DNA of 64,000 bases from Octopus vulgaris (taxonomy: Eukaryota): assembly GCA_951406725.2 (NCBI GenBank), contig OX597833.1, positions 33,852,001-33,916,000 of the forward strand. Reading direction: 5' to 3'. The position numbers and the translations under genes were made by a program. Below, piece after piece: positions 27,869 to 40,335 of the stretch. The notes under the pieces are model-generated. The model was not told where the DNA came from, searched no databases, and worked only from the letters and a program-made list of their open reading frames with translations. Each line of letters opens with the position of its first letter. Position 1 is the stretch's first letter.

Positions 27869-28133
27869 GATAAGACAGTAAGGTGTGATTTGAGGGAGAT
27901 TTGGCTGCTATTTCTACCATGTCTAGCTGCCATGTAGGGGTCTCCCTCATAGGCTCATACATACATATATACATAGATAAGACAGTAAGGTGTGATTTGG
28001 GGGAAATTTGGCTGCTATTTCTACCAGGTCTAGCTACCATGTAGAGGTCCCCCTCATTGGCTCATATATATATACATACATAAGACAGTAAGGTGTGATT
28101 TGAGGGAGATTTGGTTGCTGTTTCTACCAGGTC
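27869..28133 (+). repeat. Tandem repeat, ~105-bp unit x2.5
   Basis: Unit taagacagtaaggtgtgatttgagggagatttggctgctatttctacc at ~27869, ~27976 and ~28080. Confidence 0.85.
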
Positions 28134-28499
28134 TGTTAGGCCTTCTCATGTAAACTCAAGCTTTCTCATACCTTGAACATAAGACCAAAGCAGAGAATGT
28201 ATTCTTTTATTCTTCTGCTTTTTCCAGCCATTGGTCTGTGGCCATGCTGGGGCAATGCCTTGAAGAATTGTAGTTTAATGAATCAACTCCAGTTTTATTT
28301 TTGTAAGCATTGTACTTATTCTATCTGTTTCCTTTGTCAAACCACTAGGTGACAGGGATGTAAACAAACCAACATTCGTTGTCAAGCAGTGGTGGAGGAC
28401 AATCACAAGCACAGACACGCACACACACACACATACATGCATACACATATACACACATACATACATACATACATATATATATATGTGTGTATATATATA

Positions 28500-28755
28500 T
28501 TGCAGCGTGGAAGGTGTTTGTAAGCCATTTAAGAAACACACAAAAACCGTTACATTCACTTCAACATTTAAATTTAATTTGCCAAAATATTTTCGTCGCT
28601 TTGAGACCGCGACCTGTTCACGACATTTTTATCGTGAACAGGTCGCGGTCTCAAAGCGACGAAAATATTTTGGCAAATTAAATTTAAATGTTGAAGTGAA
28701 TCTAACGGTTTTTGTGTGTTTCTTAAATGGCTTATAAACACCTTCAACGCTGCAA
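28500..28755. repeat. Near-perfect 256-bp hairpin
   Basis: ~125-bp arms with about 3 mismatches and a ~7-nt loop at ~28625-28631. Confidence 0.93.
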
Positions 28756-28915
28756 CTGTTTTCGTTCCAGCACACGATCTCAGATCAAGTCACTTGCTAT
28801 GCAAGTACATCTCTGTAACTATATATATATTTATATATATATATATGTATATTGGTAAAAACAGTAAGATAACAAAAGAAAGAAAGAGACCTCAATATTA
28901 TGTAAATAGAGGAAA

Positions 28916-29299
28916 TCTTTATATATAAAAGTGAGGTTGTGTGTCTGTCTCCTACGATTTAGATTCCTAACTACTCCCACATTTTGCGGTGCAGTTTAAC
29001 CAAAACCGGGTATCTTATAGTCGTGATTCATATCGAGACCGTCTGGGTATTAGCATGAGTCTACGATTTAAAAAAAAATTTACCATCAATTTTTCCCATT
29101 TTTAATCCATTTTTGACATATATAAGGGAAGTAACTCCCTAAAATTTATTATTAAATCTCAGAACGTAAAAAGCTACAGTAACACCCCTCCCCCTTTGTG
29201 GTTAGCCATATTGAGATGGCTATTATACTTTACATCTCTAAAAATGCTTATATAATTATTTACCTTACAAACCCGAGCAACGCCGGGCGATACTGCTAG
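28916..29299 (+). mobile_element. Non-autonomous Helitron
   Basis: A|TC start; cccgagcaacgccggg hairpin then CTAG|T end. Confidence 0.85.
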
Positions 29300-29565
29300 T
29301 CTTATTATAAAAGGCAGATTTTATCTGCCTCCCTTTGGGAGTTATACAAATCTACAATATAGGATTTCTTCAATTACAATTTACCTAGCACTTTTAAGAG
29401 TACAATGCATCGCGTCATGCCAGGTCCAGTTTTTAAAATTTAAACTCCAATTAAGCAAAATTTACAGAAAACTCACATTCTGGTGTGTGTGTCAAATGCT
29501 TTTCTTAGTCTGGTTTACAGCACACGCAAACGCACACACACACTGTGTAACGAATAAAATGAAAC
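29300..29565 (+). mobile_element. Helitron 5' fragment joined directly to the previous element
   Basis: TCttattataaaaggcagattttatctgcc; near-identical to 27395-27655. Confidence 0.75.
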
Positions 29566-29904
29566 TAGATGTAATATTTGTTTCTGTCTATCACGCTGAT
29601 AGATACATGAGTAAAATGTATGGGAAGCTAACACATAAGTGTGAGTGAAAATGTTCTTGGAAGAGAGTAAATAGCCAGAGATAGTTAATCAGATACATTT
29701 GCAACACATCTGTTGAAAATATTATTGTTCACACACATACATATACATATATACAGACAGACAGACAGACAGATAGACACACAAACACACACACATGATC
29801 CAGCATGGCCACAACCTCAAGGCTGAAACATATAAAAGAATAACAGAATATAAATGTGTGCATGTGTGTGAGAGAGAGAGTATGTATGTATGTATGCATG
29901 TATA

Positions 29905-30345
29905 TATAATAATGCGGTTTTTTCAACAGCTTGAACTAAAAGTCAGAGGGGAATGGGATAAACTACTTATATTAACTTGCTATAAAAGCAGGTAGTAATT
30001 TTATCTTGTCCTTATTCATAGTGCAAGTTTTGAAGAGTGCATTTCGATTTTAACAGCTATTTTTTTCAAAGCTATATTGGAACAGCCTAGAAGACGAGCC
30101 TCATCCTGAAAGATCTGTAGAACTCGACAAGGACATCCTGAAAACCCTGGTGGAACAAAATCTCATCGTAACTGTTGAGGAACTAGCAGAGAAGCTTGGA
30201 TTTGGTCATTCAACCATTCATTGAGACCTGTGTGCTATCGGAAAAGTCAGCAAATTGGGTCAATGGGTTCCTCACGAACTTTCCGAGTCTAATTGCATGC
30301 AGAGAGTGAATGTATGCTTTTCTTTGCTGTCACATCTCACCACTA
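29905..30345 (+). mobile_element. mariner fragment (HTH region)
   Basis: SLEDEPHPERSVELDKDILKTLVEQN...TVEELAEKLG...IGKVSKLGQWVPHEL read at ~30085-30280. Confidence 0.82.
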
Positions 30346-30359
30346 CTGCGCTATGTATA

Positions 30360-30994
30360 TCTATATATATAAAACTGTAGTTGTGTGAGTGTCTGTCCCC
30401 TTCGATTTAGATTCCTAACTACTCCCACATTTTGCGGTGCAGTTTAACCAAATTCGGGTAGCTTATAGTCGTGATTCATATCGAGCCCGTCTGAGTATTA
30501 GCGCGCGTCTACGATGAGTCTACGATTTAAAAAATAATTTAAAATCATTTTTTATTCCATTTTAATGCATAATTTTTCGTGTGTCGATGGCGGCGGAGTT
30601 GGCTTCCACGCTCACACCTGCACCTGTGGGGAAGGGAGTGTAAGGAAATCAACGTCGTAATGCGTTGTCAAGGAGACCAGCGTTCTTTTAGAACAACGAC
30701 TTCATGGCTTGAAGACACCAAAACAGAAATGGCTAAGAAAGCGTCTACATGAGTCTACGATTTAAAAAAATTTACCATCGTTTTTTTTCCATTTTAATGC
30801 ATTTTTTCGCTATTATATAAGGGAAGTAACTCTCTAAAAATGTCTACGATGAGTCAACGATTTTTCAAAAAATTTACCATCATATTTTTTCCATTTTTAA
30901 TGCATTTTTTGCTATTTTTTGGCTATAACTCTCTAAAAATGCTTATATAGTTATTTCCCTTACAAACCCGAGCAACGCCGGGCGATACTGCTAG
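30360..30994 (+). mobile_element. Non-autonomous Helitron with internal repeats
   Basis: TC...hairpin-CTAG; three internal copies of gtctacgatgagtctacgatttaaaaa. Confidence 0.85.
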
Positions 30995-31140
30995 TATATA
31001 TATATAGGAGAAAGCTGAATTTCAACTGATCCAAAAATTAGAATATCCAAAGCTTGAAAATGTGAGTGCTTAGAACACCGATTTTAGGGCAAAATAATAT
31101 GAAAAAACATTCTTAAAAATTATTTCAGTATTAAATATAC

Positions 31141-31226
31141 TTGAAAAATAGGATAAAATCTTTATAAGAATTTATCAGGTAGCGTGAAAAAACCTCATAA
31201 GGGAAAAATCCATCAATTTTTCCTCT

Positions 31227-31289
<63 letters not shown>

Positions 31290-31431
31290 GCATTACAATA
31301 CATAAATGTCTCAAGCTAGGAGAGACTCCTAAAGTCAAAACTACCCAAATAAATAAACGCATTTATTTATTTTGGTAGTTTTGATTTTTAGGAGTCTCTC
31401 TAGCTTGAGGCATTTATGTATAGTAATGCCC

Positions 31432-31472
<41 letters not shown>

Positions 31473-31615
31473 GGTGACGTTGATGATCGCCTGGGGCTAA
31501 ATGCATCAGTAACACCCCCACCGCCCTGCCCTGTCCCTAGCCACATTCAAATGGCTAATGTCCCTTATGTGATGGAGCAGTTACTGTCTATATCTCGTTT
31601 AGAGAATTATTATTG

Positions 31616-31665
<50 letters not shown>

Positions 31666-32271
31666 CAATAATAATTCTCTAAACGAGATATAGACAGTAA
31701 CTGCTCCATCACATAAGGGACATTAGCCATTTGAATGTGGCTAGGACAGGGCAGGGCGGTGGGGGTGTTACTGATGCATTTAGCCCCAGGCGATCATCAA
31801 CGTCACCAGATAGGCTGACACCATCACGGTGTCCTCTATCCTGCAAAGGAGATCATTCCCCGAAGAAGCGGATGCCACATACGGACCCAGGTTTCAAGGT
31901 ATTTGCCTATCGTCAACGTATGGCAGGCACCGCTCCTCGACGAACAACTTCCTGTGCAGGATATTTATATATAGATTTTCACGTAAATACATTTACTGAT
32001 TTCGAAAATCTGTTCGACAGCAATAATAATTCTCTAAACGAGATATAGACAGTAACTGCTCCATCACATAAGGGACATTAGCCATTTGAATGTGGCTAGG
32101 GACAGGGCAGGGCGGTGGGGGTGTTACTGATGCATTTAGTCCCAGGCGATCATCAACGTCATATATATATATATATATTTAAGAGGAAAAATTGATGAAT
32201 TTTTCCCTTATGAGATTTTTTCACGCTAACTACTTGATAAATTCTTATAAAGATTTTATCCTATTTTTCAA
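31141..32271. repeat. Nested fold-back cluster
   Basis: Outer arms ~31141-31229 and ~32179-32271; inner hairpin 31286-31434; arm-(TA)n-arm' at 31470-31809 with a third direct copy at ~32019-32161. Confidence 0.88.
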
Positions 32272-32278
32272 TTTTATA

Positions 32279-32657
32279 TCTTTATATATAAAAGTGAGGT
32301 TGTGTGCTGTCTGTCTCCTACGATTTATATTCCTAACTACTCCCACATTTTGCGGTGCAGTTTAACCAAAACCGGGTATCTTATAGTCGTGATTCATATC
32401 GAGCCCTTCTGGGTATTAGCGTGCGTCTACGATGAGTCTACGATTTAAAAAAAAATTACAATCAATTTTTCCAATTTTTAATGCATTTTTGGCATATATA
32501 AGGGAAGTAACTCTCTAAAAATTTATTATTAAATCTCAGAACGTAAAAAGCTACAGTGGTTAGCCATATTGAGATGGCTATTATACTTTACATCTCTAAA
32601 AATGCTTATATAGTTATTTCCCTTACAAACCCGAGCAACGCCGGGCGATACTGCTAG
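32279..32657 (+). mobile_element. Non-autonomous Helitron
   Basis: Homologous to 28916-29299; TC...CTAG. Confidence 0.85.
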
Positions 32658-32773
32658 TATATATATACATATATATATATATATATACATCTAATATAGG
32701 ATAAAATTTTTCGAAAAAAATTTTATCAATGGCCAGCATATTAAAAAATACCTTTAAAGGTTAAATTTATAAA

Positions 32774-33294
32774 CAACTTATAAACAAGGGCAAAAGAAAA
32801 GGGCAAAAGAAAAACATTTCTAATGCCAAATATGCCGAAACTAGACACATCGTCCATAACTATATAATTCATCACTATAAGCACGCATCTCGAAGAAAGC
32901 CGACAAAAATTTCTTCAAAATTCCGTTATTACCATATCGGACCCGATTTCAGAGTTAATTCATAAGAACTTTCTCTTCATCTGGACAGTTTCTATTCTGG
33001 ATATATTTGGGGTACTTAATTGTGTTCAGGACTTAGTGTTTGCTTCTTCCATGGGTATAAGTAAGTATTTCATTTATTTCTTTGCCGCATTTATCACTGA
33101 TGAAGAGAAGGTTCTTATGAATTAACTCTGAAATCGGGCCCGATATGGTAATAACGGAATTTTTTAGAAATTTCTGTCGGCTTTCTTCGAGACGCGTGCT
33201 TATAGTGATGAATTAAATGGTTATGGACGATGTGTCTAGTTTCGGTATATTTGGCATTAGAATTTTTTTTCTTTTGCCCTTGTTTATAAGTTGT
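32774..33294. repeat. Fold-back element (~200-bp arms) with hammerhead motifs in the arms
   Basis: 32774-32983 is the reverse complement of ~33097-33294, with a ~110-bp spacer. Confidence 0.88.
33091..33151 (+). ncRNA. Type I hammerhead ribozyme motif
   Basis: ttatca-CTGATGA-agag...ctct-GAAA-tcgggcccg-ATA-tggtaa; palindromic stem III. Confidence 0.75.
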
Positions 33295-34478
33295 GTATAT
33301 ATATATATATAGAATATACTGGAAATTTTATTAATATCAACGCTCGTTTTGACACATCCTTTACTGTTTTCTCGTGGGTGGGAAACTATACAATGAATTT
33401 CAATGCACCCCGCTGTGCAGAAGCATCTCTTCTTCAGGTGATATAACTTGGTTTCTCGTTACACAGTCGACGCTTCGCTCTTAAGCTTAACTAGAGTATG
33501 TTGATAATAGTCGTATCTAAAACACATTGTGGGGGGATATGGAATGGCACGGAATAGATTAAATTGTTAGACTGAGGATACGAACAGGAAGTAACTGAGA
33601 AAAAAAGTACAATACAAAGAATAAAGAAGGGTAAAGCATACAATAAATTAAAATAAGACACACTACAAAGTGTGTCAGTGTCTGAGCGGCTCATTTGTAG
33701 TCTCCCTGCTGGTAATGAATTCTTTGATAATTGGTGACCATTGTCATCAAGCAGAGGCATTGGGCTTGAATGCATTCAGGATTTTGTTCGGGTCATAAAA
33801 CTTTGATTAAAATGAAAGAGCGAATAAGCTAGTCCGACGGGCTTCGTCATCCAAGAATGTTATTTGAACTGAGGCTATGGAAAAAGGTTCTTAATGAGAT
33901 GCGTAATAGGAATCGAACCTGAACTCGTTAATACCATGCAAACCAGTTACCTAAGCAACCACGTCTACACTCAGATATTGGCTATATGTAGCTGCTAAGA
34001 ATGCATTAAGTAAATTTGTTTATCGTTACACTTTATTGGCAGTAAAAAGAAATATAAGAGAGCTAAGACGTAAAAAAAAAATAGAAGAAAAATACTATCA
34101 ATATATCAGGTTTATGCTGCTAAGACAGCCAACTAACAGAATCGTTGGCACACTGGGCAAAGTGCTTAGCGGCATTTCGTCCGTCCTTATATTCTGAGTT
34201 CAAATTTAGCCTAGGTCGACTTTACTTTTCATCCTTTCAGGATCAATAAATTAAGTACTAGTTAAGCACTGGGATCAATTTAATCGACTTACCCCCTCCG
34301 CCGCAACTGCTGGCCTTGTGCCAAAATTTGAAACCAATATATTAGGTTTGTTAGTTTCTTATATGAACGTTATTTCGAATAGAAGTACTTTACAGTTAAC
34401 TCCCCTTTATCCGGATAAAAAGCCCAGTTAAACATTTAATGAGTATTATAATTAAAATTATGTTTTGTATCTTTTCAG

Positions 34479-34499
34479 AGCGTTTCATGCTTCCTCTCG
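34479..34499 (+). CDS. Host gene micro-exon B (21 nt, phase 1-1)
   Basis: tgttttgtatcttttcag|AGCGTTTCATGCTTCCTCTCG|gtaagt; encodes (K)RFMLPL. Confidence 0.7.
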
Positions 34500-34770
34500 G
34501 TAAGTATATTTAAAATGCTCTATTTCCCTGAAGAACAAAACTAAATTTTTTATTTCTATTTTATTCTTCTATTCTTCTATTATTTTACTGGTTTCAATCA
34601 TTTGACTGTGGATATGCTGGGCATCGCCTTGAAGAGTTCTACTCGAACAAATCTTTCTCATTCGCAAAATGAGCCCCCTTTAATTTTGCTCATATTGCTT
34701 TCAATTTTGATGTGTCAATGCAAATCTGAAATTTGATTATAGTCAATTCTTGGCATTATGAAGGTGAATT

Positions 34771-35382
34771 AAGGCGGCGAGCTGGCAGAAACGTTAGCAC
34801 GCCGGGCGAAATGCGTAGCCGTATTTCGTCTGCCGCTACGATCTGAGTTCAAATTCCGCCGAGGTCGACTTTGCCTTTCATCCTTTCGGGGTCGATTAAA
34901 TAAGTACCAATTACGTACTGGGTCGATATAATCAACTTAATCCGTTTGTCTGTCCTTGTTTGTTTGTCCCTCCTGTGTTTAGCCCCTTGTGGGTAGTAAA
35001 GAAATAGGTATTTCGTCTGCCGTTACATTCTGAGTTCAAAGACTGCAGAGGTCGACTTTGCCTTTCATCCTTTCGGGGTCAATAAATTAAGTACCAGTTA
35101 CGCACTGGGGTCGATTAATCGACTTAACCCCTTTGTCTGTCCTTGTTTATTCCCTCTATGTTTAGCCCCTTGTGGAAATAAAGAAATAAGAAACGTTAGC
35201 ACGCTGGGCGAAAAGCTTAGCTTTATTTCGTCTGTCTTTATGTTCTAAGTTCAAATTCTGCCGCGGTCGACTTTGCCTTTCATCATTTCGGGGTCGATAA
35301 ATTAAGTATCAGATGCGTACAAGGGTCGATCTGATCGACTGGCCCCCTCCCCCAAAATTTCGGGCCTTGTGTAGAAAATATT
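34771..35382 (+). mobile_element. SINE family 2, tandem trimer
   Basis: Three head-to-tail copies of the gagttcaaa...gtcgactttgcctttcatc core. Confidence 0.85.
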
Positions 35383-36202
35383 ATGAAGGTGAATGGAATA
35401 TGTGAACTTAGTAAAGACAATTTTACATTATTTTTGAATTCTCCATGCAAAACTATATAGGATACAGGTATTCTTTTTCTTAGGACAAATTCTTTTTTGA
35501 CCAGTGTTATTCTTATCGTAGTTTACAGATCTAAACATGAAAACATTACACAACTTCGAAGTTTTGGAGACACATACACACTCATACACACACATGCACT
35601 AATATGAAGTAAGCACATATACATGACAGGTATACATAATACTGAAATAAGCATAAAGTAAACACGTGCAGATAAATATATTAATATAACAAATTTTTAA
35701 AGAATAAAAACATACAATCAATGAAGAGACAAAAGAAACAGTAAGATGATACATGTTGATTTTATTAGGTATTTCTGTTTATTTAGAAACCTACAATGAA
35801 GACGCTAAACTATAAATCTCATAGGGTACAACCTTAAAGTTGACAACGCTCCGCTAAACGCAGAAAATTTCTGCCTCGCTATTGGCTAAAAATACACAAT
35901 TTTTCGAATTTTAAACCTCTGTAACATTTTACTCCAATTTTTTTCTCCGTAGCATCATACCTTCATAGCAATTAGACGGGCAAGCTTTATTATTATAGCC
36001 GACTTTCAGATTTTTACTGTCTTTTTAAAAAATGCATATTTTGCGAATGAAAAAAGCTAGATCCACAAATCGACACCAGGACTTACTGTTTTTAAGCCAA
36101 GTACTTATACTATCGGTCTCTTTTGTAGAACCGTTAAGTTACGGGGACTTAAACACATCAACACCGGTTGTCAAGCGGTGACGGGGGAGCAAACACAGAC
36201 AA

Positions 36203-36270
<68 letters not shown>

Positions 36271-36328
36271 TTGGAATGGATGCATGACGTTCAATTAAAT
36301 AATAAAAAACAATATATTTATATGTATA

Positions 36329-37420
36329 CTAGCAGTATCACCCGGTGTAGCTTGGGTTTGTTTCGACCCTTTAGAATTGGAATTGTTGAAAAGTAAAAAT
36401 TTTGCATTATGCAACTTGTTATTCTCTTCAAGTGAACATTTTGCCAGTTGAAATACACCGAAAAATGGTGACACAGCAGTCAAAAATCGTAAAAAATAGG
36501 GATTTTCATAGAAAAAAAGCACCTTTTTTATGTAAATAATTTTTGGTGTTAACATGGTCCGATTTGAATTTTATCTTCTACAGAATGAAGAGCAAGCCTT
36601 CTTCTATCATACTCTCAATTTTGGCCAACTTGCGCTGCAGGGTCTTGAAGGAAATAGTGTTAGTTGAAGGCTACCAAACCTGCCACACACAGACAACTTC
36701 AGCTTTATATATAGATTTGCTACACACTACTTTCCATCCTTAATAATGAAACTTGGTAGATCCAAAAGTTAAACACACAGACAAAAACAGAGATACACAC
36801 ACAGACACACAAGTTGAGTTTTATATATATAGATTTCTCAACGGGGATTTCAGGGGAGAGTTTCAGGGAGTCGCTGGTGGTGTATCGTGATGATGAAAAA
36901 TCCGGCCTGCTAAAATTTGGTTAAAGTGATTCAAACTTCAGACTCAACGCAAAATGGTCACATTTAATTCAAAGCGTTAAAAATGTTATGAAAACAATTG
37001 GTATGTGTTCACAAAGTCCAAACGATTAATACGAAAAAACCCTCCAGGCTACATTCCGAAAATTCATTTCTTTGCCGAATTTCTACAATGTTTACGGCGA
37101 TTCGTTTTTATATCTTGATTTTTTTATTTTTCATGCAATTTACGCATTCTTGCACGCGTGGTGAACACAGTTCACGTCAAACAGCTGACTGAGTAAAGTT
37201 CACTATTCAATGCATGGGATAAGGCCTAAACAAACATATTATCGATTTTTGCACTTGCGAGATGAATTTCGGAACAGAAATAGCGCAGTTCAATTTTCAT
37301 TCGCCTAAACTTTAAGTGACCCATTTTTGGTGGTTCTACGATTTGTTGGCTAGGAGGAGATGTGCCGGGAAGTTAAACACACACACACACACACACAAGT
37401 TGAGTTTTATATATATAGAT
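36329..37420 (-). mobile_element. Non-autonomous Helitron plus additional stacked 5' ends
   Basis: CTAG at 36329; minus-strand TCTATATAT(AT)AAA starts at ~36715, ~36833 and ~37419; 36329-36715 is homologous to 57381-57775. Confidence 0.7.
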
Positions 37421-37435
37421 ATATATGTGTGTGTC

Positions 37436-37534
<99 letters not shown>

Positions 37535-37552
37535 CTGTGTATTATGTATGTA

Positions 37553-38945
37553 TAGGGGAGAATTCACAAAAAAAAACGAAAGACGAAAACAGGTGGTGTA
37601 GACAACAAACAGATGTATTAGTTTAACGCTCGGGAAGTGAAAAAGTTTTTAACGTTTCGAGCCTACGCTCTTCCACAGAAAGGAACACAGAAAGAAACAG
37701 GAAGAGGAAATAAAGAATGTGTAGTGGCTAGCGATCTATCATGGCGAATGCCGGACAGAGGGGTCACACAGGAGAGCAAGGAAGAAGGGGAAATAATAAA
37801 GTAGTGGTGATCCCAAATCGAAGGTGACCTTTACGTGTGCGTGTGTGCATGTGTATGTGTGTGGATGATGGTGTGGGGCTGGGAAGTGGTCAGTGCTAGT
37901 GTGTGCGTGGAGGTGTGATGTGATGTGGTGTTGTGTTGTGTGGTATGGTGGTGTGTGGGGGTGTTGGGATGTGTGGGAGGCGAGAGTGGGGAAAGCAAGG
38001 TGGGGTGTGGGTTAGGCTGATGGTGGGGGTAGAGGTGGGGTATGTGGGAGTTGGTGTAAGGGATGGGGTGAGGGTTGGATGGGATGGATAAGGAAGGTGG
38101 GATGGATAAGGAAGGTGGGGTTGGATTTTGTAGGGGTAAGTATGACGATAAAGGGAGAGGGGAAAGGGAGAAGGTGGGTAGGAGTGAAGAGTAGAGAGAA
38201 GGAGGGTAGGAGTAAAGAGAAGTAGGAGTCGGGGCAAGAGCGGAGAGGTGGGTAGGAGGAAGTAGGTGTGAGAAGAATAGAGGAGAAGGGAGGAGGCTTA
38301 AATGAAGAGGGGAAGAGAGTTGAGTCCATGTGGCGCAAAGGAGCGAAGAGAGAAGATTAATCCTTGTTCGCAGCGAAAACGGGAGTCCGGATGTCCCCTG
38401 TGTCATTGTTAGAAGTGCAGGAGAAGGAGTCGGTTATATTATCGGGTCGATGATGGGTGCCGGTGAAGAGGGTGGTGTTGGAGAGGCATGGGCAAGTGCG
38501 GCAGAGTGGGCGGGAGCAGGGAAACAAGCCGAGCTGGGAGGTTGGGTTAGGGAAGAATTTGTGGACCAAGTGGTCTCGTAGGTTGTGGGCTCGTTTGAAG
38601 GAGTGGAGGGGTTGGTTAGGGAAGATGTGCGAAGTGGAGGGGTCAGACTGGAGTCGCTGGAAGGCTCGGGGAATGCATATATGGATACAGGACGTTACCA
38701 ACTGTGTAAACAACAAGAAATACGTAGACAAACGAGTTAAATACGTAAACAACGAGAGAAAAACGGAAAACAGGACAAATAAGCACAGAGAAACGGCCCT
38801 TCATCAGTTGTCGGTTGTCTATCTACTCCTCATTTCGAGCATTCAACAACAATATGAGTCTTCAAAGACAGTTGCTCCCATAAATTCTAAAACAAATATT
38901 TAGGATTTATAGAGGGTCAAAGTTGGGAACAAAAGCAGGACAGTG
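37553..38945 (-). mobile_element. Non-autonomous Penelope-like element (linker/GIY-YIG remnant)
   Basis: ORF 38357-38752: SFKRAHNLRDHLV...PCSRPLCRTC...ITDSFSCTSN; hammerhead-like motif at 37648-37681 (minus). Confidence 0.75.
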
Positions 38946-39176
38946 GAGACATACAAGGAAACCGAACGAAAACATACATGGAGGGTCGTTAGACCAGATC
39001 GAGAGGAAAATAGTGAACGGTGGGACAAATATTTTTCTTTGAAAAGAGAAAAGATAGAAGAGAGAGAAAAAAAAACGTCCGTGCAGAAAAAGAAAGATGG
39101 TCACGTGAGAAAAGGAAAGATGGACGTTTCCCTTTTTTCTCTTGAGTATTTAACTCGTTTGTCTTCTAACTCAAGT

Positions 39177-39483
39177 GTCTTCTACTATAGCCTCAGGCTG
39201 ACCAAAGCTTTGTAAGTGGATTTGATAGACAGAAACTGAAAGAAACCTGTCGTATATATCTATGCGTGTATGTCTTTGTTTCTGTTTCTCTCCAACCACC
39301 GCTTGACAACCGGTGTTGGTGTGTTTACGTTCACGTAAATTAGCAGTTCGGTAAAAGAGACCGATAGAATAAGTACTAGGCTTTAAAAATAAGTCCTGGG
39401 GCGATTTTTTCGACTAAACTCTTCAAGGTGGTGACCCTAGCATGGCTGCAGTCAAATGACTGAAACAAGTAAAAGGTAAAAGG
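39177..39483 (+). mobile_element. SINE family 1, 5'-truncated
   Basis: Homologous to 58422-58817. Confidence 0.8.
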
Positions 39484-39897
39484 TATATAAAAACTACATT
39501 ATCCAACCTGTCCCTCCCATTTTATGACGATCGGTGTAATATTAAGGAGACTTAGATGTTATTTCTAGCAGTCCATGCAACCAAGTAAAGATGCCATTAC
39601 TGACTCGTTGGCGAACTGAGATGAAGCGCCTTTCTCCAGTTTCGATTTGTAGAATCGCTCCAGATTTTGCACAGATTACCTTTAAAGTTCTCCTTATTGC
39701 AAGGACTGCGGGTATCCAGTCGGCGATATCTACATCCTTCCTCCGCTAGCATTCTCGGATGCCATGAATAAGGTCATATGAATAAGGTCATATGAAACAA
39801 TGAGTGATGAATGTAGCAGCATCTTACGTTTACTGTCTTATGAATCACATGATGCTTCCTAAATGAAATTGATATTTTTCTCCGTTATGTCCTACAG

Positions 39898-39969
39898 GAA
39901 CCGGCAGTGACAGACATAATCTCTTCAACACTTTTCATGAGAAACTTGATAACATCAGACAACATAGAG
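39898..39969 (+). CDS. Host gene exon C (72 nt, phase 1-1)
   Basis: tttttctccgttatgtcctacag acceptor, gtaact donor; GTGSDRHNLFNTFHEKLDNIRQHR. Confidence 0.7.
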
Positions 39970-40079
39970 GTAACTAATAACATATATACTGATTACTGAG
40001 TATGTTGATATAGTTCCTGGCTTAGATATTTTTCTTTATCTCCTCTCTCGGACTCTCCTCCTCTGTTCCCTTTCTTCCG

Positions 40080-40161
<82 letters not shown>

Positions 40162-40335
40162 TAAACATATATATATACATACATACATATATAGATAGAA
40201 AGATAGATAGACAGATATATATATATACATATATAATAAACACAATATATATATATATTTAAGAGATGAGGAATTATGTACATTATGTACATTATTTACA
40301 TTTGATGGATATTTGTCCTCATCTTGTTTGTTGTT

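Larger units (their letters stand above)
26913..31138. repeat. 133-bp inverted repeat pair (26913-27045 and 31006-31138)
   Basis: Arms look identical as reverse complements; both inner ends abut (TA)n. Confidence 0.88.

Noticed and set aside
27869-28133. CRISPR-like array
   Set aside because: Eukaryotic context, long units, similar rather than unique spacers, no cas genes.
37831-38406. Pro/Ser/His-rich 191-aa ORF
   Set aside because: Low-complexity purine-rich tract within a PLE derivative; open in several frames for compositional reasons.
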